DNA of 64,000 bases from assembly GCA_965219415.1 (NCBI GenBank), contig CBDCNP010000002.1:1568001-1632000 (forward strand). The letters are read 5' to 3'. The notes beneath the pieces are model-generated. The model saw only the letters and a list, made by a program, of their open reading frames with translations, was not told where the DNA came from and did no database searches. Shown piece after piece: positions 29,681 to 38,130 of the stretch (its first letter is position 1; each line of letters starts with the position of its first letter). Source of the stretch: Candidatus Marinacidobacterales bacterium. Lineage in GTDB: Bacteria > Acidobacteriota > Vicinamibacteria > Marinacidobacterales > DATDRI01. The translations under genes and the position numbers were made by a program.

Positions 29681-31115
29681 GAGTCAAGCCCATTCTTAGT
29701 TGAAACTCTCCACGGCTCACGTTTAAGCGACCTTCTTCTTCGATACGGTTGATGTCTTCGCCTCGATCTTCAGTTTCCGCTTGAGAGCTTCGCGAAGCTT
29801 GGGAAGATGGCGGTAGCCCACCACCTTCCTCAAGCGCGGTTCGATGTCTACGAGCGCCGTTGCCAACCAGCGCTGGCGTTGGCTCGAGTTCTTCCAGTGG
29901 TCGACCTTCGCGCAGCGTTCCTCGACGAGAGCATTGACGGACTCAAGGCAGTTCGTCGTCTTGAACGAACGGCCCAGCACCGCGTGCACGCCGAGTCGAT
30001 GCAACGTCAGCGTCTCCTCGAGGCCTTCCTCCAGGCTGCCAGCTGCGGATTGGTTCCGCTCTTCTAACTCACCGTGGAGTTGCTCGAGCGCAGTGAGGGC
30101 CTCTTCGTACTCCGGCCTGTTGTAGGCCCACTGGAGCCGCTTGCGCCATGACGCCTGCTCGCCCTTGGACAGGTAGCTCACTACGTTTTCACGTTTGTGC
30201 CACTGGCAGCGTTGTATCAGGGCCCGCTTACGGAATGCCTTCTTGACTGCCGCTTGGAGACCCTTGCCGCCGTCGATGATCACCAGCAGACCCTGGGAGA
30301 TATCGAGTCCCCGCTCGAGCAGTGAACGCAGGAACGGCGTCAACACCTGCGCGTTCTCCGTGTCCGTCTCCACGAAGCCCAAGAAGCGTTTTTCCCCGCA
30401 AAGCGTGATGCCCAGAGCCACGACCATCGTTGCCTCGGCGAATGTCTTCCCATCCAGAAACAGCGCCACCACATCCTCGCCGGTCAGATCCCGTTCCTGC
30501 ATCTCCCGCAGCTTCGCAGCGCTCGCTTGCACGAACCCTCGGGACACCGTTGAGCTCGACAGCCCGATGGCGCCCGGAATCGCTTCCGCTGCCGCCTCGT
30601 AGTTGCGACAAGAGATTCCGTAGAGAACTCGTTTCAGCAGAAGATCATTCACCTCACCGCCGTGGCTCACCGCCTCGTAGCAGCGAAGCGGAATCTCTCC
30701 TCCCTCGATGCTCCGAACCCGTGGCACACGGATCGGTACCCGCTGGCCGCCAAGCCCTACCGTGCCCGGGTTGCTTCCGGGACGGCGACCGCGCTCCAGC
30801 TCGTCCTTGCGAGAGTATCGCTCTCCCGCCAACGCCTTCACTTCGTCGTCGAGCAACTCGTGAACGTGCATTAGACCAAGGGGGACCAACCAACGGATCA
30901 TCTCTACCTTGGCGTCCAGCGCGAGTTCCCCGTAATCCTCGTGCCTCACCATCTCGACCTCACCCAAACGACGCGACTTCTTGCGTTTCTTGACCGAACG
31001 TAGCAGACTTCCCATCTCGGCTCCTTTCTTCGCGGCTTGATTTTGTTTTGTCCAACGCCATCAAACCACGGGGTTTGGAGCCGTTTCAATTCCCAACTAA
31101 GATTGGCACACTTTC
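29681..31115 (-). mobile_element. IS256 family element with near-perfect 8-bp target duplication
   Basis: IRs GAGTCAAGCCCATTCTTAGTTG and reverse complement GAAAGTGTGCCAATCTTAGTTG; flanks ATCAGAGC and ATCAGATC. Confidence 0.88.
29723..31015 (-). CDS. IS256 family transposase
   Basis: RVPRVR, FLDG, IIDGGKG, QRCQWHK, TTNCLESVN. Confidence 0.93.
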   Translation of the reverse strand: MGSLLRSVKKRKKSRRLGEVEMVRHEDYGELALDAKVEMIRWLVPLGLMHVHELLDDEVKALAGERYSRKDELERGRRPGSNPGTVGLGGQRVPIRVPRVRSIEGGEIPLRCYEAVSHGGEVNDLLLKRVLYGISCRNYEAAAEAIPGAIGLSSSTVSRGFVQASAAKLREMQERDLTGEDVVALFLDGKTFAEATMVVALGITLCGEKRFLGFVETDTENAQVLTPFLRSLLERGLDISQGLLVIIDGGKGLQAAVKKAFRKRALIQRCQWHKRENVVSYLSKGEQASWRKRLQWAYNRPEYEEALTALEQLHGELEERNQSAAGSLEEGLEETLTLHRLGVHAVLGRSFKTTNCLESVNALVEERCAKVDHWKNSSQRQRWLATALVDIEPRLRKVVGYRHLPKLREALKRKLKIEAKTSTVSKKKVA

Positions 31116-31180
31116 ATCAGATCTGCCAAAGCGGAAAAATGAAGTGACCCCGCTTTCGTGGACAGGTTAAGAGTTAGGGA

Positions 31181-32032
31181 TCAAGCGTCGCGATAGTACC
31201 TCCTTTCGAATTGGATAGGCGAGCAATAGTCGATGGCGGAGTGTCGTCGTCGCGGGTTGTACCAGCCTTCGATGAAATCGAAGGTCGCCATGCGCGCCTC
31301 AGCGTGGTAGCGAAACGACCGGCGCTCGATCAGCTCGCACTCGAGCGTCGCGAAGAAGCTCTCGCACATCGCATTGTCGTAACAGTCCCCGACCGAACCC
31401 ATCGACGGTCGCACCCCGGCCTCCCGGCATCGCTGGCCGAACGCTAGTGACGTGTACTGCGTGCCCTGGTCCGAGTGATGGATGACGTCGCCGGGCTTGC
31501 GTTGGAACAGCGCCATGTCGAGGGCGCTCAAGACGAGCGACGTCCGCAGGTGGGTAGCCATTGCCCATCCGACGATGCGTCGGCTGAAGGCGTCCAGCAC
31601 GACGGCGAGGAACAAGAAGCCCGACCACGTGGGCACGTAGGTGATATCGGCGACCCACAGGCGGTCGGGCCGGTCCACCTCGAAATTCCTGTCGACGAGA
31701 TCGGGGGCGGGACGGGCGTCGTCACAGCGAATCGTAGTGTGCGCCCTCTTGCGCCGGTGAACACCTTGAATGCCAGCCTCGCGCATCAGCCGCGCTACAC
31801 GCTTGCGTGAGACGTGGAGCTCGTGTGTCTCTCGTAGCTCGTGGAGAATCCTCGGCGCGCCGTACGTGCTCCGCGACGCGGTGTGAATCGCCCGGATCTT
31901 CTCAAGCAACTCCGCATCCGACACCGCGCGGGCCGACGGGGCACGCTCAAGCCACGCATAGTAGCCGCTGGCGGAGACGTCCAGCAGTCGGCACATCGTG
32001 GCAACCGGTAGTGAATCCTGGTTCGCCCTCAC
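31181..32032 (-). CDS. IS3 transposase OrfB (DDE/rve)
   Basis: YGAPRI, WVADITY, HHSDQGTQY, DNAMCESFFATLECE, YNPRRRHS. Confidence 0.95.
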   Translation of the reverse strand: MRANQDSLPVATMCRLLDVSASGYYAWLERAPSARAVSDAELLEKIRAIHTASRSTYGAPRILHELRETHELHVSRKRVARLMREAGIQGVHRRKRAHTTIRCDDARPAPDLVDRNFEVDRPDRLWVADITYVPTWSGFLFLAVVLDAFSRRIVGWAMATHLRTSLVLSALDMALFQRKPGDVIHHSDQGTQYTSLAFGQRCREAGVRPSMGSVGDCYDNAMCESFFATLECELIERRSFRYHAEARMATFDFIEGWYNPRRRHSAIDYCSPIQFERRYYRDA

Positions 32033-32343
32033 GAATCGGAAGGCTTCGGTGGTACCGACTCGGTCTCCCGAGCGAACCAGGCCGCGGCTTTTGAGAGGAT
32101 CTCCCGCTCCAACCGTAGTTGACGGTTCTCCCGTCGCAGGCGGCGGAGCTCCGCACGCTCCTCACTCGTCAGACCGTCCTGCCTGCGACCCTCGTCGAGA
32201 TCCGCCTGGTTCACCCAGTTCCGGATCGTCTGGCCCGAGGGCTCAAACTCTCGCGCCAGCTCTTCGGAGCCGCGGCCAGCTCGCACCAGCTCTACCATTT
32301 GGCGCCGGAACTCGGCCGCGTATCTGTTTCCCTGCTTTGACAT
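32029..32343 (-). CDS. IS3 transposase OrfA (HTH)
   Basis: RYAAEFRRQMVELV...TIRNWV...ELRRLRRENRQLRLEREILSKAAAWF. Confidence 0.93.
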   Translation of the reverse strand: MSKQGNRYAAEFRRQMVELVRAGRGSEELAREFEPSGQTIRNWVNQADLDEGRRQDGLTSEERAELRRLRRENRQLRLEREILSKAAAWFARETESVPPKPSDS

Positions 32344-32665
32344 CGTGGACTCCTGTCTCCCAAAGGATTAGGTGTCCACGAAAGCGGGTCAAGTCCAAAA
32401 ATGTACTTTGGCCACTTGATCTTCAATGGTGGCGGCCCGATCCAGGTCCAGGTACAACACAAGCTCAACAATGGCGGAGGATCGCTCACCTGCACCTACA
32501 ACATCAGCACCAGCGACTTTTGGCTACTCACATGCGAAGTCGATCCTAGCAGCATCCGCCCCGGCTACTACAAAGTCACCTCGAACTACAGGGTCACCAG
32601 TGGCGGTTCCGGCGGTGGCAAGGAAACGGCTTGGTTCGACATCTTCGGTAGCTGCTAACTAGCTT

Positions 32666-32697
32666 GGAGGACGGGTGCTTACCCGTCCTCCGTTTCA
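32666..32697 (+). terminator. Intrinsic terminator-like hairpin after the interrupted secreted gene
   Basis: GGAGGACGGGT-GCTT-ACCCGTCCTCC, an 11-bp stem with a weak U-tail. Confidence 0.6.
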
Positions 32698-32846
32698 CAC
32701 CCCATCCTTGCTTCCCTCGAAGTCTGCTCGCCCGCGGCCCATCATCCCGGGCTCCCCACCGAAAGTGCTATACTCTGCTGGCTTTAGAGCGTCGTTTCCC
32801 TCTCCCCATTGGGGAGAGTGGCGCGGCCGACTTCGAGGAGTCCGAC

Positions 32847-33914
32847 ATGGCGACCACCAAAGCCAAGACCCTGAGTTGGAAGTTCAAGCCGCTCGATCCC
32901 GAGATGGATCGCACCGAGCTCGACCCCGGCTCTCTCACCTTGTCCCGCGAAGAGCTCCTCAAGCTCTACCGGGCGATGCGCATGAGCCGGACGTTCGAGC
33001 ACCGACTCGCGTCGCTCTACCGCCAGGGCCGCGTGGTGGGGGCCGTCTACCTGGGAATGGGCCAAGAAGCCATCTGCACCGGCGTCACGAGTCTTCTTAA
33101 TAAGGATGACTACTTCAACACCATCGGCCGAAACCTGGGCGCATGGTTCTACCGCGGCGTCGAGCCCAAGCACGTCCTCGCCCGCTGGCTCGGAAAAGAC
33201 GAGCAGCCTTGTCACGGTCGGGACCTCGGGCTCTTTCTCGCCGATCTCAATAACTTCGGCATCGCCCCCTATCACAATGGCTCGATGGCTTCGTGGATTC
33301 CGTCCGGCGCGGGCTTCGCGCTTGCCTTCAAGATGCGGAAGGAGCCGCGGGTCTACGTCGCTTTCACCGGAGACGGTGCCACCAGTCCGGGAGATTTCTA
33401 CGAGGGGCTCAACTTTGCCGCCATTCACAAACTACCGCTCGTCGTCATCGTCGAGAACAACTATTTCGGCTATTCGACGGGTAACGAACGACAGATGCCG
33501 GTCGAAAACGTCGCCGACCGGGCACCCGCTTTCAAAATCCCGCATCAGATCGCCTTCGGCAATTGCATCTTCACCGTCATCGAAGTCGCTAAACGCGCCA
33601 TCGACTACGCGCGCTCCGGCAAGGGCCCGTACCTGGTGGAATTCAAGACCTTTCGTCAGCGCGGACACGGTGAGCACGACGACGCATCCTACGTTCCCAA
33701 AGAAATGCGCGAGTATTGGGAAGCGCGGGATCCGGTCGACCTCTACACCAAATACCTCCTCGGCAAGGGTGGCTTCACCCAAGAAGAGATCGATGCGATC
33801 GATGCCGATTGCAAGAGCATCATGGACGAAGCCGTCGAATACGCGGAGGCCCTACCCTATCCCGACCCGAGCACCGTGACCCAAGGGCTCTTCGCTCCCC
33901 GAGAGACATCGTAA
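32847..33914 (+). CDS. 2-oxoacid dehydrogenase E1 alpha subunit (branched-chain/pyruvate type)
   Basis: GQEA, TPP-binding GDGA...ENN, RQRGHGEHDD. Confidence 0.93.
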   Translation: MATTKAKTLSWKFKPLDPEMDRTELDPGSLTLSREELLKLYRAMRMSRTFEHRLASLYRQGRVVGAVYLGMGQEAICTGVTSLLNKDDYFNTIGRNLGAWFYRGVEPKHVLARWLGKDEQPCHGRDLGLFLADLNNFGIAPYHNGSMASWIPSGAGFALAFKMRKEPRVYVAFTGDGATSPGDFYEGLNFAAIHKLPLVVIVENNYFGYSTGNERQMPVENVADRAPAFKIPHQIAFGNCIFTVIEVAKRAIDYARSGKGPYLVEFKTFRQRGHGEHDDASYVPKEMREYWEARDPVDLYTKYLLGKGGFTQEEIDAIDADCKSIMDEAVEYAEALPYPDPSTVTQGLFAPRETS

Positions 33915-34888
33915 TGCCTGTCATCACGTACTTGGATGCCATCAGCCATGCTCTACGCGAGGAGATGCGCCGCGATCCGACTGTTTTTCTCATGGGCGAA
34001 GACATCGGAGTCTTTGGTGGAGCCTTCCGCATCACCAAAGGCTTCATCGATGAGTTCGGAGAAGAACGCGTCATCGATACTCCGATCTCGGAATCGGGTT
34101 TCGTCGGTGCCGCCTGCGGTGCCGCCATCGAGGGCTTCCGGCCGGTGGTCGAGTTTCAGTTCGCCGACTTCATCGCCTGCGCCTTCGATCAGATCGTGAA
34201 TTTCTCCGCCAAGTGCCATTACCGTTGGGGCATCCGGATGCCGGTCGTCTTCCGCGGCCCCTCGGGCGGAGGATTCCGCGGCGGTCCCTTTCATTCTCAA
34301 AACCCTGAGGCCTGGTTCACTCACGTCCCAGGGCTCAAGGTCGTACAACCTTCGACTCCCTATGACGCCAAGGGTCTTCTCAAGGCAGCCATCCGCGACA
34401 ACAACCCGGTGATCTACTTCGAGCACAAACACCTTTACCGAAGGGTCCGCGAGGACGTTCCCGAAGAGGACTTCGAGGTACCCATCGGGGTCGCGGACGT
34501 GAAACGCGAGGGAGACGACCTCACCATCATTACTTATGGTTCCATGGTCCACGAATGCCTCGAAATCGCGGAAAAACTTTCCGAGGATGGCGCCGAGTGC
34601 GAAGTCATCGATCTCCGCACCTTGGTGCCGCTCGACAAAGAGTGTTTCCTCGAAAGCGTGCGCAAGACATCCAAGGCTCTCGTCGTTCACGAGGCACACC
34701 TGACATCGGGCTTCGGGGGCGAAGTCGCGGCGATCCTCGCCGAAGAAGCCTTCGAGTCCCTCGATGCACCAGTCAAGCGCATCGGGTCTCTCGACGTTCC
34801 CGTGCCTTTTAGCCCGCCCCTCGAAGACGCGGTCTTGCCGAGCACCGAAAAGATCGAGGCCGCAGCTCGCGAGCTCTTGGATTACTGA
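33914..34888 (+). CDS. 2-oxoacid dehydrogenase E1 beta subunit
   Basis: GEDIGVFGG, DTPISE, EFQFADF, GPFHSQ, FEHK, IDLRTLVPLD. Confidence 0.95.
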   Translation: MPVITYLDAISHALREEMRRDPTVFLMGEDIGVFGGAFRITKGFIDEFGEERVIDTPISESGFVGAACGAAIEGFRPVVEFQFADFIACAFDQIVNFSAKCHYRWGIRMPVVFRGPSGGGFRGGPFHSQNPEAWFTHVPGLKVVQPSTPYDAKGLLKAAIRDNNPVIYFEHKHLYRRVREDVPEEDFEVPIGVADVKREGDDLTIITYGSMVHECLEIAEKLSEDGAECEVIDLRTLVPLDKECFLESVRKTSKALVVHEAHLTSGFGGEVAAILAEEAFESLDAPVKRIGSLDVPVPFSPPLEDAVLPSTEKIEAAARELLDY

Positions 34889-34902
34889 GGAGAAGACGAA
34901 GG

Positions 34903-36384
34903 ATGCCGACACCCGTTGTCATGCCCCAGATGGGCGAAAGCCTTTCCGAAGGCACCGTCACCAAGTGGTACAAGAAGGTAGGGGAACAAGTCGAGGCGGA
35001 CGAACCGTTATTCGAGATCTCGACCGATAAAGTCGACACCGAAATCCCGGCACCCGCGTCGGGCGTCCTCCAGAAGATCCTGGTTCAAGAAGGTGAGACC
35101 GTAGCCGTCGAGACCGTGGTCGGCGTTATCGCTGCGAAAGAGGACACTTCAGCAACGGCTCAGATCCCCGCCGCTGCACCAAGAACCGCCGCTAAGCAAG
35201 AGCCCCCGCCCACCAGCGGGTCGGACAGCGGGCATTTCCGCGAAGCGCAAAAGCCGACGACGTTTCAAAGAAGAACGGCTGCCCCGAGTAGGCCAACCGC
35301 AAGCACAGGCGAAAAGAAAGGCACCTTGTCGCCAGCGGTCTTGGGTCTGGCCGCGGACAATCAGATCCCGATGGAGGAGCTCCTCAGGATTCCCGGAACG
35401 GGAATCGGCGGCCGTATCCGAAGAAAAGATGTGGAACGCTACCTCGAACAGCGCACACAAGCCACGCCGACGCCGCCGGCCGCGCCGCCTCAACCCACGG
35501 CTGGCCCGCCGCCCGGCTACCCTCCGCCAGCACCGGCCTACTCCTGGCCGCCGTCCTATTACCCGCACGCTCCGAATCCCTTCGCCGTGCCGTCACCTTA
35601 TCCCCCCCAGGCCCTGGTTCCCGCTCCGCCCGCAGAAGCGCTGCCCGCCGCGCCCCAGGCCGACGAGACTCCCCAAGAGTATCTCTATAAACCCGAGCCC
35701 GAAGACACCGTCGTGCCCATGAGCACGATGCGCAAGAAGATCGCCGACCACATGATGTGGAGCCAGCGGATCTCGGCTCAGGTGACGTCTTTCAGCGAAT
35801 GCGACATGCATCGCATCGTCACGTACCGCGATGAGCACAAGGGCGACTTCGAAGCCGCCGAGGGAGTTCCACTCACCTTTCTCCCCTTCGTGGCCGAAGC
35901 TACCATCAAGGCCATCAAGGAGTTCCCCATCTTCAACGCCTCGGCGCTACCCGGCCAGATCGTGATGAAAAAGCACGTCCATCTTGGCATCGCGGTCGCC
36001 CTCGACGAAGGACTCATCGTCCCCGTCATCCATAACGCCGATGAGATGAACTTCGTGGGCCTAGCCCGCGCTATGCACGACGTCGCCACCCGTGCCCGTA
36101 ACAAAGAGCTCTCCGTCGACGAAGTTCAGGGGGCGACCTTCACCGTCACCAACCCCGGCATGTTCGGAGGCCTTACTGGAACCCCGATGATCGTTCAGCC
36201 CCAGGTGGCAATTCTGGGCCTCGGAGCCATCCAGAAGAAGCCGGTGGTCATCGAGGATGCGATCGGCATCCGGCCCATCATGGTCCTGGCCCTGACTCTC
36301 GACCACCGCATCATCGATGGGGCCACCGGGTTTCAATTCATTGAGCGGGTGAGGCTCAATCTGGAGCACTTCGAGCTCCCCTGA
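34903..36384 (+). CDS. Dihydrolipoamide acyltransferase E2
   Basis: Lipoyl domain STDKVDTE, GTGIGGRIRRKDV binding domain, catalytic DHRIIDG. Confidence 0.95.
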   Translation: MPTPVVMPQMGESLSEGTVTKWYKKVGEQVEADEPLFEISTDKVDTEIPAPASGVLQKILVQEGETVAVETVVGVIAAKEDTSATAQIPAAAPRTAAKQEPPPTSGSDSGHFREAQKPTTFQRRTAAPSRPTASTGEKKGTLSPAVLGLAADNQIPMEELLRIPGTGIGGRIRRKDVERYLEQRTQATPTPPAAPPQPTAGPPPGYPPPAPAYSWPPSYYPHAPNPFAVPSPYPPQALVPAPPAEALPAAPQADETPQEYLYKPEPEDTVVPMSTMRKKIADHMMWSQRISAQVTSFSECDMHRIVTYRDEHKGDFEAAEGVPLTFLPFVAEATIKAIKEFPIFNASALPGQIVMKKHVHLGIAVALDEGLIVPVIHNADEMNFVGLARAMHDVATRARNKELSVDEVQGATFTVTNPGMFGGLTGTPMIVQPQVAILGLGAIQKKPVVIEDAIGIRPIMVLALTLDHRIIDGATGFQFIERVRLNLEHFELP

Positions 36385-37677
36385 AGACTTCGGTGGTTCG
36401 GATCACCGAAATAAACTACTTAGGTTCAGTAGGTTCAAAACATGTCGACCACGTCGACATGTCGGTGAAATATGTCGATAGAATAGCTTTTTTTCGACAT
36501 ATACTTAGATGTGTCCTTCGATCCTCACCAGCCCTTCAACGCCTTGCCTCCGTTACCTCCCCATCTCGAGCTGGAGACCTCGACCATACTCAAGAAAGCA
36601 ACCGCCGCCCACCGACCTCTGGCCGAGCTCAAGGGGGCCGCCGCCGTGTTGCCGAATCCCCGAATTCTGGTTGATGGAATCGTCTTGCAGGAGGCGAGGT
36701 TGTCATCCGAGATCGAGCAAATCGTGACAACGTCCGACGAGCTCTATCGGGCCGCTGCAGGAGGCACCGCTGGGCTCGACCCATCTACCAAAGAAGTGGT
36801 CCGATACCGCGAGGCACTATGGCACGGATGTGAAGTGCTTGGAAGCCGCCCTCTGAGCACGAATCTGTTCGTGGTCCTGATGCGGATTATCAAAGACACC
36901 GACGCGAGCATTCGTTCGGTGCCCGGCGTTCGGATCCTAGGCGCCGGCGGCGAAATCGTCTACACGCCGCCGGAAGGCGAACAGCTCATCCGCGACAAGC
37001 TCGAGAATCTCGAGCACTTTCTCCATGCGGACGACGATCGCGACCCGCTCGTCAAAATGGCGGCTGCCCATTATCAGTTCGAAGCCATCCACCCCTTCAC
37101 CGACGGCAACGGTCGCAGCGGTCGGATCATCAATATTCTCTTCCTGATCGAGAACGGCCTCCTCGATCTCCCGGTGCTATACCTGAGCCGCTACATCATC
37201 GAGCACAAGCGTGAGTACTACGATAGACTGCGCGCCGTGACGGAACAGCAACAGTGGGAGCCCTGGATTCTGTACATGCTGAGCGCAGTCGAGGAAAGCG
37301 CCTCCACGACCCGTGCACAGATAAGCGCCATCGTTTCACTGATGGACGAAACACGGGAGCGTATCCGCCTGAAGCTACCCAAGATCTATTCGAGAGATCT
37401 CGTCGAAGTGATATTCGAACACCCGTACTGCAAGATCAATTTCTTGGAGCGAGCCGGCATCGCCAAACGACAGACTGCAGCTCACTACCTGCGTCAACTA
37501 GAAGAGCTTGGTATTCTACGGAGCGAGAAACACGGGCGGGACGTCTACTTCATCAACACACGGTTGATGGCAGCGTTGGGTGCTTCATAGTCCGCCGCGC
37601 CTCGGACGGTTAGAAAAGTGGGGTTTCAATTCATCGAACGCGTCAGATTGAATCTAGAGCACTTCGAGTTGCCTTAA
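36328..37677. repeat. 57-bp direct repeat (E2 3' end at 36328-36384, copy at 37621-37677) flanking the fic gene
   Basis: Both copies encode GFQFIERVRLNLEHFELP-stop; 12 differences, all synonymous. Confidence 0.9.
36511..37590 (+). CDS. Fic family protein (Fic_N, Fic core, C-terminal HTH)
   Basis: EARLSSEIEQ, intact HPFTDGNGRSGR, KRQTAAHYLRQLEELGIL. Confidence 0.93.
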   Translation: MSFDPHQPFNALPPLPPHLELETSTILKKATAAHRPLAELKGAAAVLPNPRILVDGIVLQEARLSSEIEQIVTTSDELYRAAAGGTAGLDPSTKEVVRYREALWHGCEVLGSRPLSTNLFVVLMRIIKDTDASIRSVPGVRILGAGGEIVYTPPEGEQLIRDKLENLEHFLHADDDRDPLVKMAAAHYQFEAIHPFTDGNGRSGRIINILFLIENGLLDLPVLYLSRYIIEHKREYYDRLRAVTEQQQWEPWILYMLSAVEESASTTRAQISAIVSLMDETRERIRLKLPKIYSRDLVEVIFEHPYCKINFLERAGIAKRQTAAHYLRQLEELGILRSEKHGRDVYFINTRLMAALGAS

Positions 37678-38130
37678 TCAAGGTCTGTCAAGGCTGTCAG
37701 CGGATTCCCATCGAATCTCGCCCACCTCGATCCCGAGAGACCGAGGATCGATCGAGGGCGTCAGGTTCGGATAGTTTCTGAACTCGACGAAAGGCCGGAA
37801 GGTGGGATGGATTTTCCACTCCACAACCACGCCCTCGGATCTGGAAGGTCCGAGCTCGAACCGACGTTCCTCCCAACCTCCCCGGAGTGTCCCCCGGAAC
37901 TGCTCCCGACCATCGATTCGAATGACCACTTCGACCGGGTGTTCGCTCGCGCGAGGATGCCCATTCGCGAGCTTCACGATCAAGATCTCATCCTCCCAGT
38001 TCAGCCATTTCGCCGCGTGACCGGTCGACCACTGTAAGCTCCCGCCGGCGCTCGCCTCGAGCTCATGAAACCCGAAGCTCCGGTCGCCCGGACCGGGGAT
38101 AGCTTCGAGCCCGAACACTCGCCACGGCAG
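37678..38130 (-). pseudogene. C-terminal fragment of an envelope protein
   Basis: SFGFHELE...QWSTG...HPTFRP...DPRSLGIEVGEIRW; upstream of about 38130 the frame is the antisense of the TPR gene. Confidence 0.5.

Larger units (their letters stand above)
31140..32397 (-). mobile_element. IS3 family element
   Basis: TG...CA ends; IRs TGAAGTGACCCCGCTTTCGTGGACA and reverse complement TGGACTTGACCCGCTTTCGTGGACA; AAAA target duplication. Confidence 0.92.
29405..32658 (+). pseudogene. Secreted hypothetical protein (182 aa reconstructed) interrupted by IS256 and IS3
   Basis: Removing both elements and one copy of each target duplication gives the in-frame join ...GHSYQICQSGKMYFGHLIF...; AGGAGG RBS and signal peptide present. 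Confidence 0.8.

Noticed and set aside
35455-35670. Pro/Tyr-rich low-complexity segment in E2 as a repeat or insertion element
   Set aside because: It is in frame between the binding and catalytic domains, consistent with a long flexible E2 linker.
32847-36384. No E3 (lpd) gene next to E1a/E1b/E2
   Set aside because: E3 is commonly shared and encoded elsewhere, so this is not informative.
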